A program made the translations under genes and the position numbers. Source: Tubiluchus corallicola (Eukaryota; Animalia; Priapulida). From it: 64,000 nt of DNA. Shown one piece after another: positions 1-13,800 of the stretch (positions are counted from its first letter, which is position 1; the number at the start of each line of letters is the position of its first letter). Location: contig JAQGDQ010000014.1 of NCBI GenBank assembly GCA_030141605.1, positions 806,001 through 870,000 of the forward strand, written 5' to 3'. The notes below the pieces were generated by a model. It did not search any database. It saw nothing but the letters and a program-made list of their open reading frames with translations, and was not told the DNA's origin.

Positions 1-299
1 CACTTTGTCACGGTGCAAGCACTTCAGTTACTGAAAGCTTTTTTCAATTTTTTCTTCAAAAATCGATTTTTAATTTGTCTAAGGTAAGCAAATGCATTTC
101 GTGTATAATTTTGCGTGAATGCCTATGCAGTGTGTGGGGAGTAGAAACCTACAAAAATTATCAAATATAGCGTAATGCATTGAATATTGGTGTGAAGAAT
201 GGCTATTGGAGCTTTAAAAAAAGCAGAGCCATCTTTTGCTTATACGTCCTAAGAGTCAAACTCCATAATATGGACCGATTAATAATAAATCATCTCTTA

Positions 300-790
300 C
301 AGATCTTGGTATCACAATAACGAATGATTTAAAGTGGAATGTCCACATTAGCAATAGCATATTTTCACAAGTGAATCAATGCATAGGCATGATCAAACAT
401 CGTATTACATCCAGGAAAGCCTCGGTACTCATGCCACTTTACAAAGCTGTTATATGTCCAGTTCTTGAGTATGTTTCAGTAGTCTGGTCACCGCAGTACT
501 CCACTCTGTGTACTCCAAAGCATCTTTGGAAAAGCACAAAATTTAGACTAGCTGAAGACGTTGATCTTTCCATGGTATCCATTCTCGAAGAATGGAGAGA
601 GATACCATTGGCCTCATCATAATCAATAAAACATCCATCCTATAGGAAGATGACTTTTTCCATGCCCCTTTTTCACAAATCAATATTGAATCACACTTTT
701 TTGCCTTCTGCATCATCGACACTTGGAACAAATCACCAATGGCAACCATTCAAGCACCATCTGACAATAATTTTAAATCGTGTTTTAGAA
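300..790 (+). mobile_element. Degenerate non-LTR retrotransposon (CR1/L2-group) ORF2 C-terminal fragment
   Basis: Translates as DLGITITNDLKWNVHI...NQCIGMIKHR...LYKAVICPVLEYVSVVWSP, the typical post-RT segment of CR1/L2-group LINEs; frameshifted. Boundaries approximate. Confidence 0.75.
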
Positions 791-1322
791 GGGACTGTAA
801 CCGAGTTCAACTCTATGGTCCCTATGACTTTGAAAGGTAAATAAAAGGTCATACCGAATCTATGTCATTTTTGAAAATAATTTCAATAAGTAATTTTGAA
901 AATAATAATAATTCACTGGCAGGGACATCATGCTTTTTATTTAGCATCACAGTAATACAAGTTTACTAAAATTCTTGTTTGCCTGAAACTCTTAATTGTT
1001 TGTCTGAAATGATGACAGTCAGTGACATATTAATTTCAGTAAAGTTCATCAGATCGTAATTAAATTTTCGTTTTTGTGTTTTGTGTAGACTTACCATTAA
1101 TTATTCGTTAATTATTACTGATATATTTTTCCTTTTTAAGTGTTTGTATAAATTATATATATATATGTTGTTCTCGGTTATCGTGAATGGACTCAAAATA
1201 AACTCAAAATGAATTAGTGCTCAAATTACCTTTTGAGAAAGAAAGATATTTGCTATTGATTGGTCGAAAGTCATATTTTGCGATTTCTGTTTATAATGTG
1301 TTATTTATAATTTGTTTATAAT

Positions 1323-2357
1323 GTGTTAAAGCAAAATCAGTTTCTAAAGCTACTTGGCATTAGCCTAGATGAGAAATTAACTTTTTATCCACACATTGTC
1401 AAACTATCAATGAAAGCTTGCAAAGCTCTTTCAGTCATCAGAGAAATAAGAGGTATTGTTTCAACTGTACATCTCCTTTGTATCTATAAGTATAAAGCGC
1501 TTGCTTGCTCACTGATGGAATATGGTGGTATCGTCTAGTAAGTCGCGGTAAACAGGCTGCTCCACGCCTAGGTTTTGTCTTTATGTCCGCTGGTATTCAC
1601 TTATTGAAGATTGTCAGTAGTGCACCTCCGGTGGATATACGATTTACTGAACTTGCTGTTACAGAGCTTGCAAAATAATTGTATGTAAACCACAATCTAA
1701 TCCTCTGAAACAGCAACTAGAAGATTTTAAAGCACTTGGTTCGGGTAATACCAGATTTGTTTCTTCTATGGCAAAAAGCTGCTTCTTTGGCACAGGAGGT
1801 TGAATAAAATGAGATAATGTTATAATTTCTCAAGTGCTTCTGGAAGTTGATTCCGATCTACATGACAATTTTACAGATATTCCTGTGGCTAAACCTAATT
1901 TTTGGAATATACTAGAATCCTTAAAGAATAGGTCAGAAGCACAGGACTTTTTTGGGAATGCCTATGTTTAAATTCTTTATGCAGTCTTCCAGATAATGCT
2001 GTTTTTGCATTTACAGATGCTTCTTGTACTGGCAATCCTGGACCATGTGGAACAGGAGCAGTAATTTTTTCACATTTTCAGCAATTTCATCACATCAGTA
2101 AACCAGTAGCATTGCATGGATCAATTTTGTTAGCTGAATTCTTTGCTATTTTTGCTGTGTTACAATTCATTGCAGAACAATTAATCTTTGTAGTTACGGA
2201 TGTTAAAAATATTACAGTTTTTTCAGATAGTCATTGTTCAGTAGGCATTGTATCTTTAGGATGGTCTTGTAACTGTTACAAAGATCTATGTGACAGTATA
2301 AAAAAATCTGTTAAATTTGTTTATAGTACTGATTGTAAGGTTCTTACACATAGCTAA
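1323..2357 (+). mobile_element. Degenerate RNase H-bearing non-LTR retrotransposon fragment
   Basis: 1323-1538 reads KLLGISLDEKLTFYPHI...YKALACSLMEYGGIV (post-RT region). 2007-2357 is one frame reading AFTDASCTGNPGPCGTGAV...LLAEFFAI...VFSDSHCSVGIV, matching the RNase H D-E-D motifs. Stops and frameshifts lie between the two parts. Confidence 0.8.
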
Positions 2358-4855
2358 ACTAGATATTGCTGTAGTATAGTCTGTGGGAAGGGCTTCCTAC
2401 TTATCACTCCTTCTTTCATAATGTGCTGTAACCTATCCATGCATAACATGATCTTGGAAAGTGCATGACAGATATCCAGGATAGTAGAGTGGAACTGCTG
2501 AATCTTAAAGCAGCCAAAATGCTTTAACTTTAACTTTACTTTACAAAAAATGGTTAAAATCCTAAACTTGGTTATAAGAGTCTCTGAAGCACTAAACTTG
2601 TGCGCATCTGCTGTTTGACTGATCTAACATAAAGAGACTATCAGTAGTGATACCAAACTACTTCAGTTTTGATGTTGTGGATGGAGCTTTATTCACGCTA
2701 TGAGGCGTTGGAACTCTCTACGATGCGCCTAATTCTAAACTACATGGAGAGGCGTGACTAGCCAACAGTGTCCAGACGTTATGGATTGTGGACGTATCCT
2801 GAGTCAACCACAAAGACTTGTGAGCCATTCCTTAGTTCATGTTTGATTGGTGCTGCAGCAGGCGTCATCACCGTTGATTGTTATGGCCATAGACTGAAGT
2901 TGTTGATGTGTTGCTGTGACTGACTGGAGTAAGCTACGTCCGCGGACTCCTCTCCCATGTCCTTGTCCTCTCAGGGGAAGGGTTAACTGATAAGTAGACA
3001 TCTTGTTTTTCTTTTCACTTTGCCATTTTTGTTATTGTTAACTACCTTCACACGAAACTGTTTTTGATAGTTGTGATAATATAACCTGTTCTGATTTATC
3101 TAAACGGACTAAAAAGTGAATGAAAATGGTAAAAATAATCATAATCTTTTCCTCCATTTCATATGAAATTTTGTTGTTGGAATGTTTGAAATCTATGTAT
3201 GTCATGGTCAACATGGAAAATCATAATGCCTATGTAGACCTCCGTAAAACGTAACATCAAGACTTAGACCCGCTGGTTTTTCAAGTGAGCCCTTCGACAT
3301 TACAACCTCTCTAAAGACATATTAATTATACCTGTGTCGTTGAATTTTTTGATTCATATGCCTTGGTTCAACCGCCCACGTATGTTGCACAACCCTTTTA
3401 TTGTGAATAAAAGATGATGCGACAGGTTAGTCAGATTTGTGGATGAGTTGGGAGGTAAAGAGTTGCACCCCCACCTTAAAAATCTACTAGCTCCCAACAC
3501 TGATATTCATGTTATTTTTATGGATTCCTGGTCATTGTAATATTATTGGAAATGATCTCACTTTTTCCTTGACTGAAAAGGCTGCGTCCTATTACATCCA
3601 AGTTATGGACATAAATTCTTGTATTTATGCTTTGTAAGATGTCAAGAAAGCAAGCTGAAAAACTAGTTCGTAAATACTGGTTTCGGTGGAATCACTCTTC
3701 AAGTGGTAGATTCTTCTATAATTTGTGTTCGTCTGTGATCTTTGTTAGAAGCCTTGATTTTCCGTCAATGTCACAGTTTTCCAAACTTGCGTATGGGCTA
3801 CTCTAAACTTAATTACTATCTTCAAAAGTTGGAAGCATTGATTCTCCACTATGAGAGTGTGGTTTAGTGGACAGTACAGAACATTTTTTGTCTGTGTGTG
3901 TGCTTTATGCTCATCAAAGAGATGTGCTGTTATACAATATTTCCCGACATACTGGCTTAACATTCAGTCATTATCAACATAATTTCAAGTTAGCTGATAT
4001 GTTACCATGAAGTCGCTGACCAAGAAGATGTTGATATTGAGATGATAATTAAAGGTCTTTGTTGTTTTATAGATAGCACTAGATGTTTAAACAAGCGGAT
4101 ACTAGTATTGCCCAAATTTTCATCAGTGGTGGAGTCATATCACCATATTCTCTTCATTTCAGCTTTTGTGAAGAGATTTTCCATTGTGATAAACAGCTCA
4201 TTTACATGAACATTTTGTAGATAGACATTGTTGTGGAAATGTGAAGATTCTGTGTGCCATCCCTATATTCCATGTCCAGCATATACCGAGTATAACATGA
4301 TACCACTAAGCTTCATAATGTGATTGCAGGCATAATAAATAACATTGCTGAAACCAGAGTATTCTTATTCCATTGCAGAAATCATTTCAAAGTGACTCAT
4401 GAGAGCACTTAAGTGAAGGACCTTTGATTACTTATTCTGTTTAAGAAAATCATCTGCTATCTTCTTACTCAACAAGCAGCGCATCAATCAGGTAGAAACA
4501 CAGTTGACCTAGTTTTTCCTTGTAAACTCTCAGTAGAAAAAGCCACCAGTGATTATTCCATTCATATCCTACTGCTTGATTAGTCCAAAGCGTTTGATAC
4601 AGTAAAGAAGAAATACTGTTTAGATGGCCCTGTTTGTCCACCCTTAACACCTGGCATATCGTGTGACTCAGCAAAGTAAAACAATGTTATGGTGGATTTT
4701 TCTAGTGCAAATTATTGTCAAGAACTTACTTTTATGGTCAGCAATTAGTATGTAGTGATATATAAAAATAAATGTTTAAAAAATTCACGATAGAGATTTT
4801 TATTTAATTCTAGGTTCAGAAACATTTTCTTTTGTGGCTTTTTCCAAATTAACAA

Positions 4856-7800
4856 ATGAGGCGAGCAACTAGCACTGTAGAAGAGTTGTGTCATCCAGCT
4901 AATGCCTGTGTGATAGATGAACAGTCGCCACTCTTATCTGTGCAGGAACTCTCTAATAATAGACCTACTAGGTAATATATGATCATTTTTATGTTTTGTG
5001 ACTCTTCGTTACACGTTGTCATAAAATTAGTTAATTTAACTTGGTAAGATATTAAAATATTTATGCTATTCTTGTTTGAATAATGAAAAACTTTTGTGCA
5101 TTAACAACACTTCTGATCACTTGAATGAATTGGGTTGACAAAAATGAGATATCTCTCTGCAGAAATGTATTGTAAAGATAACATCTAAGCAAAAGTTAAC
5201 TTTGTACAAATTTATAACTCGCAGAAAAGTTAGATGCAAACTATTTAAGCTATTAATACTCAAAGAGTTTTACAAATTTTAATCAAAACTTAACAAAAGT
5301 GTAGATGATTGTGTTAGGTAGTGAACCTCTAAGTGCATGGAAAAGCATGGAACAAATGCTGCCAACTTTTTAATTTGTCGAATCGAACCACTGCCAAACC
5401 ATTTATATTAGAATTCTGTCAGACCAGATCAAATGTAGAAATAAAAAATTGCTGGCTGAGTCAAACCGGGTAAAACTAGATGCAGCACTGAAATGGATTG
5501 AACCAAACATTGTAGTGATGGGCCGAGCTGGTCAGTATTCGGTTGATGAACATCAGTATTTCATTGTGGTCGGTGATTGTGAACACACTGGATCGCCATT
5601 AAATTGTTGTTTGGTCTACTATAACAGCTGTAAACTATTGAGCCGATCATGCCACAAAAATTGTTGGATTTATAAGAAAATGTAAAAGTAAAAAATATAA
5701 AACTTACAACATATGTTTTTAAATGTTTAGCATATTATTGTTATAAAATTATTTACATACATGTGAAGTGTTGAATGTAGCTATGTAATACGTACATATA
5801 CGGTGGGCAGGGCCAGGTTATGACTTTTTGGGGTAACGAAATTATGGGGCTCACTCTAGCAGAACCATCATCTAATTTGCTCGCACTCATCTGAAATATT
5901 TTTACTTGCGATTCATTTCACCAACTTTTGCATAGCTGGGGCGCCATATTTCAAATAAAGGGCCTCAAACAAGTTCCCTTTGTCTCAAATAAAAAGCCTC
6001 AAGCAGTGATCCTTTATCTCAAATGAGGAGCCACTTTAAAATTGGATTTTCAAACTTCCTGGGCCCCTTTTTAGAATTGAAGTTATACTTTAAATTATAT
6101 GAATTGTTCAGCAATGCAAAGTATGCCCCCCCCCCATGCTTGAGAGGCCCTAGGTTGCAGTCTATACTAAGCTATAGGGTAATACAGGCCTAACAGTGGG
6201 GCAAGTATTTTTTGTCGTAATTTTGCAGCTGCAAGTGTTCTAGCATTAACTCTAGGTTGTCATTTCTGCAATTTGGGGCACTAGATATGATTTTCAAATT
6301 TTTTCATCATGGATTGAGTACAATTTTCTTTGGTTAGTTTAGTTTATTTTAACAACAAAAGGTACTATGCTACATTAATTAACGAACCACGTAAGAGCTG
6401 TAGGTCAAATCGAGTAGAACAGGTGCATTAAAATCGTATTGAACATTTCGTCACATCATTAGTGAATGTTTATTTTCCTCAAGGACCAACAACCTTAACT
6501 CCCACAACAAAAATAGTCCTATCTAAGATGTGTGTTTGTGCATATATTCCACTTGGTTATACTGTTCAAGAGTATGTGAAGGAATGTATTACATCAGTAA
6601 CCAGCACATTAGCAGTGTTTCTGTTTGTCATAAATTGTCTGATAAGACACTGTGGTTGAAGCAATCACACGTTTTCTGAGAGATTAAGTTGGCAGACCAT
6701 GACTCTTACTTCAAAAGCCTATTCATCAATTTTCTAATAACTTTTGTTAGTAACTAATTTTACTAATTTCTGACTGCATATCTAGCTACCTACAATAGTG
6801 GGTAGGTGAAGCCCCACCTAAGTCTAGATATAGTTTTTTTGTGTTTTTTGAGATCTACATACTCTTTTCCACAGAAGACAATGTTTCAAAAAATCGAATT
6901 ATGGTAAGAGCATCTTGCAATTTCAGGAAGTAGTTAGTTTGATTCTTGATTGCTAAACATAAAAATTGCTAATCAACTGAATTCCATATATCATAAGTAA
7001 GCATTTTCAATCTTGATGTTATTTCTCATGCTTCATTCTATTTAGCGTATCTCAGTTTCCTCAGTGATGGCAGAGGTTAATTTAAATATTCTTAACTCAG
7101 CGTAGGAAAAACTTATCTCAAAAATGTGAAGTATAACGACTGTTGACCTTTCTAGTCTGATACTATGTGAGTATGGCCTGTAGCCTTCTGCCATACAAAG
7201 TAGTTATTATTGTTTTGTTTATAGAAATAAATGCAGTAGATCTACAGTTCATATTAATGGTATTGACTGAGTCACCTTGCTTATCTTGACAAGACGGCAA
7301 AAGTAAGGTCGGCACTTTATGTATTTATATCACATGTAAACAGCTGACGATAGAATTAATCTATAGAACCCTACTGAGAAGTACATACTTTGGACTGGTG
7401 TACATAAAAGTGGGTCATCTATTTGGTAGTGCTGCAACTAGCATAGTCAAACATGTACAAGCATCAAATATTTATTATTGTATTCACACTTTAATGAATA
7501 ACTTGGTTGTCAGTAAATATCACTTCCATAACTGTGCTTTGTTAACAAATAGTCTCTGTAATGGATTAGGGTACTACAAGGTCGCGCATTAACCGAATGA
7601 ATTCTCGCAAGTGGTTCGTGGTTTGATTTTCTCTCTGTGGTTTGATCTCATTGGGAATGTAACATGTATCGTGTTAATGAAAGAGAAGATCTGGATGCAG
7701 AGGAGATTGTTAAACTCAGTGCGGTGCCAAACTCTGTTTCAGTTTCAAAAGATAGGGAGTGGTCTCCGTGTTTAAAAGCATCACCAGAGTATCACCGGAG

Positions 7801-10800
7801 TTGTTCAAACAGTAGTATGTCTGAAAGAACACCTTTACTGCGCACTAGCAGCAGTAGTCAAAAATTTGGTGAAAAATCTAGGTGATTTTGTGCTACTTTT
7901 GTCTGATTGTTATTAACCTTAGATTGTTTTTAAACTGCAACTTGGATACTCTCGCACTGCTAAGCATGCAAGTCGTTTAGACTTTAATTGTGCATTATAT
8001 ACGCATGAAATACAAGTAATTTTGAGCACCTTTAACCTGTTGATGTTAGTCTTGGAATGAATGCTGGTAATAGATAGCGTTATCTATTGTGTATCTATAC
8101 ATGTTATGTAAAACTTACCTTTAGGTGTTAATTAAGTTTTAATCTAATCTAATCTTTTCTAAACTGTATTAATTTAACTTCTAACAGTTGTGTGCATATG
8201 CCTCTTATGAAGTTAACGTGCTTCTTTCATAGCACAATAACAACATTAAGTGCATCATATCTTTCATATTTGTGTCCAGTTATATAAAATCTGCTAGCTT
8301 TTTGTATGAGATGTGGCTTCAATGAGTAAGATCAATAAGACAGTCTCGGCGGTTATTGAAGATGAGCATTATTCATTGTGAGAACTCTCAGAGAGAACTT
8401 GCGAATGAAAAAACTCTAGTCTGAACTCACCGTTAAATGTTTAAATTATTTATCCACATGTACACATCATCAGCTCTCATTCATCTTCTTTTATACTAAG
8501 ACATATTTTGACAAATTTGTACTGAAGCATCGTTTGCTGCTGAATAAATCACCTAAAAAGAGGTTTGATTCACTTGTGCATCTCAAACAGTGTGCCTACA
8601 GTGCAATCCCTGTAGGGGTGCAATGCCTGAGATTTATTTAAAAAGAGACTTAACAATGAGCACAGTGTTTATTTATACAATTTATCTAATATTACTGCAG
8701 ATAATGCCACTTGATTTCATTCCTCATTTTCTAGGTCATTAATTTTTTGTGTCCTATTTCTTCCTAGGCCATGTTATGTTAGCATAGGATATGATGTACC
8801 TATTGATAAAAAAATATAACATCTGTAATGTTTCACATACACTTCAACCAAACAACAGTGTAACAGCATGTTTATCTGTATTTTACATATATGTCACTCA
8901 AAAATAAGAAAACTGTTTTATTTCAGAAATGCATTTAGAAGATCTTACAGATCACAAAGTAGCGGGAATCTCTCATTATCTGGAAGCCAGAGGTCAGCAA
9001 AACCAAATTTTTGTTTTATTAGAGATTTGGATATAACAGTAAAATCTAGAAATGCTTTTGCACATGTAATGATGTATTGAATTTGATATTTTTGATATCA
9101 GACATAACGAGATTACATTTTATCATCAGGTATTTATAGCTGCGTCATATAAAAAAGAGTTCTTTTGAAGTTTAGTTTATAATTACAAGTCACAGTTATG
9201 TTGTTGTTGTGTTTCTGTTTTGCACAATTGATATTGTTTTCATATATATTATACTATTGATTGTTTGTCTTTTTGCTGTTTGTTTGATGCTTTAAAAGTT
9301 GACAACTAGATAAGTTTTTTACACACTCACCAACAGGAATAGCTTTGTCTTAATTTCACAGAGATGTGTTAGTCATTGCTGTTTTTTTATCTTTTGACAA
9401 CAATAGAAAACATTATTGAGCTTCAGCTATGGGCTATTTTATTCTTATTTCAGAGATGGTGTTGGTACTCGAAGGCCTTTCTACATATCTCCTTATGAGG
9501 ATCAAACTCGTCCATACTCCTACCATCGAGTACCTAGCATGAGCAATATTGAGCATGCTACCATGGAGACACATGCGACCTTGAGTAGATACAAGTACTA
9601 CAGCAAGCTGGCACCTGGGCCTCCTTCGGAACACACTTTGGTTTGTTTTTCTTTTGCACGCATTTGAACTACAATAAGCTTCAAGATTCAAGATTCAAGT
9701 TTGTTTATTTCAGATCATCACAAATACAAAATTAATACATGATTGAATTAACAGACATTTCGGATTATGAAGAGTATCACAATTAATGTATTTAACATGT
9801 GTAAACATATCTAATAACACAAAGTGCCAGTTTTTGTCAAATAATATTTTGTGGAATGTCTCGTTTACATTTTTTAGACAATTCCAGATCACGTACTACC
9901 TCCACAATTCTTTGCTGTCATACCAATTACAGGAAAAGAAAAACAAAGCAGCATTGTGATAATGTAAGTATGTTGCTCTTAACTACACCTTGCAACTGAT
10001 TATGACCGTACAATGTCAAAAGCAAACATTCATATAATTATGATTTGTGTAGCTTGATTGTGACAGGTGAATACCTGAAAGATTACAGTATGTGCTGGGC
10101 TAGTAGTATAAAGCATTAGTGGCTTTGGTTAGTAGATGGATAAGTGATTACTATGAAAGCTGTTTTTTGGTATTTTTTCCGTCACACTGCCTTCGGTTTT
10201 CTCTGTTTGAGTGATGATTTAGACAGATCTGAAGGTAGCTTAGGCACTGCTGCCAGTTCAGTTTCGTCTCAGGGGACTATCTTTCGTATATTATGCTAGT
10301 TTCAGACTCCAGCACTATCACTGTATTAAGTGGATCCAGCCATTGATTTCTAGGGTGAATTAATCTAATTTTGCAAATTACAGTTTGATTATGCAGCCTT
10401 CTGTGTGTTGTATAGAGCTATGTTTTCTATATTTTCACACAGCCATGCTTCTTTGAACATCTCTAACGTTATTTTTGCTGCATATGTACAAACTTTTCTT
10501 TTGTTTAGTAATGGTGATGATTTTTATTCATTTTTCAGATTTTCTATATGGAACACAATGATGGGCACCAGTCTATTGAGTATGCCATGGGCACTTCAAC
10601 AGGCTAGTTAATATTAATTTAGTGAAGCTAGTATTGTTTTTTGTACTGTGCAATGGTAGTAATGCACGTGCACATTTCACAACTACCTGATTCAACCATA
10701 AAATGAACCACTTATGGGAAAAACTCTATACTAAGTTTTTGTTTGTACTGATTCGGCTGTGATACGTCATTACACTTTTTTCGAGAGGTTTCGATCGTTT

Positions 10801-13800
10801 TCTGACCGATTTTTGCAAACTGCCTTGATCACTGGTGCTGGGAGTATTACCTGTAAAATGTTAGAATTGCTTTCTATTTGTCTCCATACCGAGAGTTTGA
10901 TAATTGCATCATCAACTATTCTGAAAGCATTCTAATGCAATAATAGGGGCATTGTTGCACTTTTAGTGTTTCTTACTTTCGAATAAGCCTTTTAACAGTT
11001 TTGCTATGCGTACACGCAGTTGCTGTAGGTCAAAGGTTAAATGACATTGGCATTAAACATGTATCATATTTAATAAGACAGTCATTTTTGATAGGCGGGG
11101 TTCACACTTGGGTTATTCTTGATGGTAAGCATGGCAGCCATATCTTTCTATACTTGCTACAGAGTTTTACAGTCAACACAGCAGCATGGTAAGTAAACAA
11201 TGAAATTAGTATTTATTATCTTATTTATTCACCTGCTGTCTTCTTCAAGAAGGTGTTTAAAGTTGGCAAGGTTTTTCCAAAATAATGTGTTGTATTGTAT
11301 AAATTCACGTAAACGTAAACATTTTTTTCTGGATTCGTTAGCTCTACCACTATTACAAAACTTGAAGAAATTTCTATTTTGTTTTGTTTTTTAGATTCTT
11401 AGTTATCTTTAGTTGATGACAAGGAACAGTCCATCAATTTTTGAATTACTTAGTGTTTCAAAATATATTATTAATTTATAAATCATAAAAGTCTCAATGG
11501 GTTTCTTATGCATATATAAGCTATCACAGACACTTGATCTGTGTTTTGCTTTATTCGGCTGTTTCCTTTCTCCAGAAACACTACTTAAACAGATTAAATT
11601 ATCTACTCAGATTATGGTGAATTATCTAACATACTTGAAATAAACTTTCAATGAAATTTTGTCTATGTACCACTTTATAATTTTGCATTTATAGGATGAA
11701 AGACTTTTCTGTCAGGTTTCTTTAGCTAACATTGCATTATTTGCACCAAAAATGACTAATTTGTTGTTCACAAACAAATTTTATTTCCAGATTCAGAAAG
11801 AGAGATAGTTGAATTCTCAGATGTCTGTCAAAGCTACATGGGTCGCATTGGTGCCTGGTTCAGCGTAGTTTTTGGTCTTGCCTGTTTCCTTGGTGCTCTA
11901 GTAGTATACTGGGTGTTGATGACAAACTTTCTTTATCATACTGTAAATTTTGCTTATGGTATGTTTCGAAGTTAATTCATGCAACTTCAAAGTCAATATT
12001 ATAGTCACATTCCAACTGATGTGGAATAAATTTTTTTACCATAAGTGATTATTCAAATTATTAATATTTTGATATTTATCACTTTTATGGTTTTTGAGTT
12101 TTCAATGTACATTTGCTGTTAAGTCATTTGAAACACAATTTTACTTACTGATCTACTTCAAAAATTGCAAAGTTACACATTGTCGATTCTGGAAAAAATT
12201 TTATTTAGAGTGAGCTGATCATGTTTTTCAGTTTGTTGATGGAGCATTTCTATACTTCTGTGTTGTTAGGAATGTAATTGTGTTATGTCCATTTTCACAA
12301 AAGCTATCAACTTACCATGTGCACCGTGGTTGTTTTTCACACTAAAAGTCTGGACCTACTCACTGTTGATGCTTATGATGAGATCAGGATCTGGCAAAAA
12401 TCCTTATTCATGGAGACAAACAGCCAGAATTAGTATGGCGAGTAAAACTGCTCAGACTGAACATTGAACCGTAGACTATTGGAGAAAAATTTCTGCAAAG
12501 AAGAGTCGCTATAAAATGAGCAACACTAATAACTTATTAATTTCAGTTTCTCAAGTTTCTCAGTATCAGGTGTCGTTAATAATATTTTTTTGTTTAAATT
12601 CATTTCAGACAAGTATTATGATTTAAATGAAACGCTGTACATTTCCGATCAAGGCGTGTATGGATGCGGAAATGGTTTGTATAATTTATACTTATTCACA
12701 TGCAACTGTTCGGTCCTTGCTGCTTATTAGAATTCTGTCTTTAGATTAAGAAATGGCTATACATAGTTTTATATCTAAGTAAATTGGCTTTATAACAAAG
12801 TTTACCTTGGCGTTGCCTAGCTCTGATTTCAAGAAAATACATTTTGTATATACTTTGCCAATATGCGTGGCAGAATAGAATAGGTATGGCAACTTTGACA
12901 TCATTTTGATTTGATTTGTAACAGAAAATTCTGTTTGATTATTATATGTCTTCCTGTCAATAGATGGTTGTTGTGAGAGAGTTATCAGCATTTGTTTGAA
13001 ACTTGTAGCTCAAACGAATAAAACCAGTTTAAATGTCCTTAATCCTAGGCACATTTCAAACAGTCTTTATTTTTCACACTTTTGACGTCATAGAATACTG
13101 TAAATACTGCTTATAAATGTGCAAATGTGAAAATATGCACAATAAAATAGTCAAATTATAAGCATAATTTACTAAATTTAGTGCCTTTTAACAACGTGTT
13201 TAATTTCATTAATTTTGTATATAAAATTATGTATGTGTTTAATAAATTAAACAAATTATTTTTGTGTATAAAATTATGTTGAGTACACTTTCTTTGGCAT
13301 GTGTTACTTTAAATATTGATGTTGTTACGTGCTAATATTGTTATGAATTGTCAATGTTTATTTTCCAGCTGCCTGCCATTCAGCATCATCATCACAGACT
13401 CCACCTACATATGGCAGTTATCTCACACCAACTACTTCCAACAGCGAGGTTCTTCCACTGAGTCTTACATTATTTAACTCAAGTGAAAGCTACTCTTTTA
13501 CGTCATTAGCAATGAACACTTTATCACCAAATAGGAATTCCACTCCTTTGATTGTCGTGCCAGCTAATTATGAAACATATCGAAAGATCTGGGATCAAGT
13601 AAAGACAGTCCCGTTTTTCCTTATGTTAATCTTGGTGCCTCTTATAAATTTCAAGAGTCCCACATTTTTTACAAAATTCAACTCTTTAGGTAAGTGTTAG
13701 GTATTTTTTGCTTTAACATAGTTTATTGAGCATCTACTCCTTTTTTGCACTAATGTAGAAGGCTTTTTAGCTAGGTTTGTTGCTGCTTTGCTGAATAAGC

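Noticed and set aside
3233-3424. Possible solo LTR (TGT...AATAAA...ACA)
   Set aside because: No target-site duplication and no second copy in the window.
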